Shown here: positions 60,201 to 64,000 of the stretch, one piece after another
Layout of the letters: every line of letters begins with the position of its first letter
How positions within the stretch are numbered: the stretch's first letter is position 1
DNA from: Eutreptiella sp. 'Long Island Sound 2002'
Taxonomy: Eukaryota; Protista; Euglenida
Direction of reading: 5' to 3'
Length of the DNA stretch: 64,000 nucleotides
Assembly: GCA_964036045.1 (NCBI GenBank)
Contig: OZ038378.1
Span: forward strand, 5,890,001 to 5,954,000
The notes under the pieces: generated by a model
The model's input: the letters and a program-made list of their open reading frames with translations, nothing else
The model's database searches: none
Told to the model about the DNA's origin: nothing
Program-made: the position numbers and the translations under genes

Positions 60201-63200
60201 TTGCAGGCAAACATGTGTGGGCCTCCCACGCGCACCCCTCTTGGCACTTCCGCGGGTAGTCTGCCCTACTCTTGTGCAACCGCCTTCACAGGCACTTTAA
60301 CGTGTAAAGGAGCATGTACACTTACGCACAACCGTACACGCAATGTGCACTGCAATGTGGCATGGGTCTTTACCCGCAAAAGGGGCACCAAAATTGCAAC
60401 AATCATTTATCAGAGTGTTGCGCACTTGTGCAGAACCCAAGATTACAACATTGCTTGTTACGATTATCGGGCCGGCCCAAAGGGACATTTGTGCAACATA
60501 GAGAGCAGCTAACCAAACTAGCCCCCACGCCATGATAATTGCCATTACCATTGCCTTCCTCGGATACCCAAAATGAGGAAACTCGACAATGGCTGCACAT
60601 TAGTTGGTTTGTCACGGTGCGCAAAGCAAGGAGGAATTGTAGCGCCCATCGTCACTGTTGCCTTCTCGGGGTACCAAGTATTGGGAGGAATGAAGGTTGC
60701 TACATAACCGCTGCCTTCTCCGTTCCCCAACTCGGGGAGGAATGCAAGTCGGTAAATAACAATTGCATTATGTGGGTCACTACTCTACGCCACCGGGACG
60801 AGGATGAGGACCAACTATTCCCTTGGGAACACAACACTGTTGAAAGAGGACCTCTCAGAGTTTCCCTATGTAGTGGGCAGTTCTATTCGCTCAGTACGGA
60901 TGTCGAAGATTGGTACAATATGCAAGGTCGAGGATGTGGGTACCGGGGAGAAGATCATTGCACATGCAAGTGCATGTGCCGGAGGAATAATCCATGCCTT
61001 CTAAAAGTACACAAAGTGGAGGGAAATCAACGTAGCTACATAACCCCAACCTTTTTAGGGTCGCCGAAGCGTGGAGGAAGTTCAATTTGCTACATCACAC
61101 CTACCTTCTCTACGTCCCCAATGTGAGGAGGAATCAAAGCGGCCACATCTCCCTTGCCTTGTGGGCGTCCGCAAAGGGAAGGGATATCAAAGTGCTTACA
61201 TGAGATTGGCTTTCGCGGCGTTCCTAAAATGTGTAGGAACCAAAGAACCTACATCACACTTGCCTTTGCAGTGCAGCTAATTTTGACGAGATTGAAAGCG
61301 GCTGCACCAAGCTTGTGTTCCCAACATCCCCAAAGTGGGGAGCACTGAAAGTGGCTACTCAAACGCTGGCCTCTCGGAGTAGGTAGACCGGTGACAAATT
61401 AACTAGTTGTTCCATCCCTAGCTTGCGAGCGTCCGAAAAATGGGCATGAAATTGGCTCTATACATCAACGCAGCCTTCATAAGACACCCGAAAGCAACTG
61501 GCTACGTAAGCTTTGCCTACCCATGGGAATGAGAGTGGCAGGCATACGGACATGCCACAGGATGGTGAAGAAGCCGATGCTCATGACCCGCGCCCGCTTG
61601 CTGCCTATCCGCCACTGCGTCCACCCCCGGAGAGCCACGAGTCCTGCCCCTCCGCGCCCCGAGGGCCCAACATGCAGCCCACCGCCCCGCCTGCCACCAC
61701 ACCCCAAACGGAGAAGGTGGCCGTGGAACCGGGGTTGGTGGCGCACTAGAGAGTGTTACTCTGTAGTCCGCAAAAACAAAAGAACTTTCTAACCTCCCTT
61801 GAAATGTGTTTGTGAGACCAAATGTTTTCTACTCCTAAACAATAAATGGTAAGCCCTACCACCCCTTCGTGTGGGGGACTAGAACAAGGATGGAGGTCAC
61901 AATGGGCTCCCGAGATCGATAGACTAGGAAAGAATCTCCACGGCTGAAGACCCCCTTTCTCCAAGTTACCACTACCAGTGTATTATTGGGGTCGCCGAAG
62001 TGGGGGTACACAATATGGCTAATTAACGAGGGTTCGTATTAAGTACTCGTGTCGTGTAGACGAATCAAAGTGGGTACATCACAACTGCCTTGTCGGGGTC
62101 CCCAACGTGAGGAGGAATCAAAATGGCAAGATCACAAGCATGAAATCATAGTCCGCAGAATGGGAAGGGATGAAAGTAGCTACATCACGGCTAGCTTCTG
62201 TGGCTGCCAACTTGTACATTGGGCAAAGAACCGCCGCCTTTGGGAGGTCCAAAACACTGAGGATTCATAGTAGCTATATGGCTACATAACCCCTGCCCTT
62301 CGAGGGTCGGCTCAATGGGGAGGACTCAATTTTCCTACATCGCCGCTACGCTCTTGCGCTCCCCAACGTGGGGAGGAATCAAGGCGAATAAATCACCGAT
62401 GTCCGCTCGTGGTGGCCAAAGTTGGTAGCGGCAACATCATCAATGCCTGCGCTGGCCACCAAAGTCAAGGTTGATTTATATTGGCCACGCCACCGGTGCC
62501 TTCTTGACGTCCTAGTATCTAGGTCCATGCCCTTGGTATCGTAGTGGTGCATAACCCCGGACTTTTTAGGGTGCACAAAGTGGGGAGGAGTCAATACGGT
62601 TGCATAACCACTGCCGTTTACCGTACCCTGAATTGGGTAGGAATCAAGGTAGCTACATCACCCTTCCCTTCTCACGCTGCCCAATTCAAGGGTGATTTAT
62701 ATTGGCTACATCACCCGCACCTTCCGCAGGTCTGAAAGTGGGGAGGAATCAAAGTGGCAACCTCACATCCGCCGTTCCAACATGGGGAGGGAATCACGCG
62801 GAAATGTCAAAAGATGATTTTCTCAAGATCATCAAAGTTGGAGAGCAGTCAAACTAATTGCATAACCCTACCCTCTAGGGGACGACACTACTGCCACCTT
62901 GTCTTGGGGCCCAAACTGCGATGAATCACATTTGCCTCATCACCCCTACCTTCGTGATTTTTCAAAGTCGAAGACCAATCAAAGTGGCCGGATCGGTACC
63001 CAAACTGAATAGGAATCAAAGTGCTTACACAAGCCTAACTTTCTGGGCCCTTCAGAGTGCAAAGGAAGCAAAGTTGCCACAGAAACCCTGCCTTCTCGGG
63101 GTCCACAAAGTGTGAGGGAAAAGAGGAGGCTGCATCATCGTTGCCTTTGCAAGTACCCAAAAAGGGGGAGGAAACAAGGTGACCACATCAGCCTACCTTA

Positions 63201-64000
63201 TTTAAGCCCCCAAAGTGGGAGGAATGCAAGTGACTACATGATTCCCAAACTGAGGTGGAAAGAATGGAAGTGGCGGAAAGCCATTGCCTTCTCAACATAC
63301 CCAAAATGGAGAGGAATCAAAGTGGCTGTTGAGGGGCCAAGTACGGAAGAAATCAACCGGTGACATCACCCCTGCCTTCTCGCGGTCCAGAATGTGGGGA
63401 GGAACCAATGTACCCGCACCTCCTCCAGGTTCCCGCAACCAATGCCTTCTTGGGCCGCAGAAAGCGCAAGGACTTGAAAATGGCTACATGTCTATGCATT
63501 GGCGAGGTCCAAAAGCAAGGAGGAACCCCTGTTGGCGGCACAACCGCTACCTTCTCTGGGTCCCTAAAGTGGGGAGGAATGCAGGTGGTGACACAACCCT
63601 TGCCTGATTGCGGCCCCCAAGTTGGAAGGATATGGACGTGGCGGAACAACCTATGCGTTCTGTAGGTACCCGAAGTGAAGAGGAATCATGGTGGCTTTAT
63701 GAGCCACTCCTACTAGTCCTGAAAATGGAGAGCAATTCAATAGTCTACGTACATAGCCACTATCTTCTCGGCGTTCCTAGGGTGGTCATATTCAAAGTGT
63801 ATACATAAAAGCCACTTTATGAGTGTTCCCACTACCGCCGCTTTCTTCGGACATGCAAAGCCTGACGCAAAGTGGGAGAACTCAAGAGTGGATGTATATT
63901 TGTTGCCTTGTCGCGGTGCTAAAAGCAAGGAACAATGGCAATACCTATAATCACCCGTTGCCTTGGGCTCTTGAGTGTTGCGGGGAATGAAGGTTGCTTC
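54290..64000 (+). repeat. Duplicate copy of the ~54-bp satellite array
   Basis: Colinear with 40300-49255. Confidence 0.93.
57090..57148. repeat. (GCCGAA/GCCGGA/GGCGAA)n hexamer repeat
   Basis: GAGCCGAAGCCGAAGCCGGAGCCGAAGCCGGAGGCGAAGCC; reads as a Pro/Ala/Ser linker on the minus strand. Confidence 0.85.

Larger units (their letters stand above)
49791..64000 (+). repeat. Segmental tandem duplication, copy 2 (>14.2 kb, runs off window)
   Basis: Restarts at CTGGAAATGTAGGTAAATCTCATGGACC, matching CTAGAAATTTACGTAAATCTCATGGACC at ~37306. The window end corresponds to ~49255 of copy 1. Confidence 0.97.

Noticed and set aside
40300-64000. Dozens of 60-200 aa ORFs as genes
   Set aside because: They are translations of the 54-bp satellite (18-codon period) and are duplicated with the segment; no domain content.
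1-64000. Spliced-leader RNA/5S rRNA genes or intron-split host genes
   Set aside because: No SL exon or 5S sequence was recognised and no chain of conserved exons was evident. Short exons with euglenid non-conventional introns cannot be excluded by eye.

Overview
Eukaryotic, repeat-saturated DNA with no recognisable housekeeping, rRNA, tRNA or CRISPR loci. The repeat families look euglenid-like (Eutreptiella-type), which is my inference from recall and was not searched. Bases 1-37 kb are nested, mostly decayed mobile elements: non-LTR RT/RNase H remnants, a DDE_Tnp_4 transposase, a Mutator transposase with SWIM finger, Penelope-like RT remnants, a hAT MITE and several satellites. Bases 37.3-64 kb are a ~12.5-14.7 kb tandem segmental duplication dominated by a ~54-bp satellite. 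The main finding is at 14.2-19 kb. A very young non-autonomous LTR-like element (248-bp direct repeats, 1 mismatch, PPT) has a 3' repeat cut off and fused directly to a stop-free ~440-codon frame. That frame resembles a negative-strand RNA virus (qinvirus-like) nucleocapsid, so this is a candidate endogenous viral element caught at its retrotransposon junction. Second is a RAG1/Transib-like transposase frame split by a 2,036-bp insert with a perfect 16-bp TSD; removing the insert rejoins the frame. All protein family calls come from motif reading by eye.
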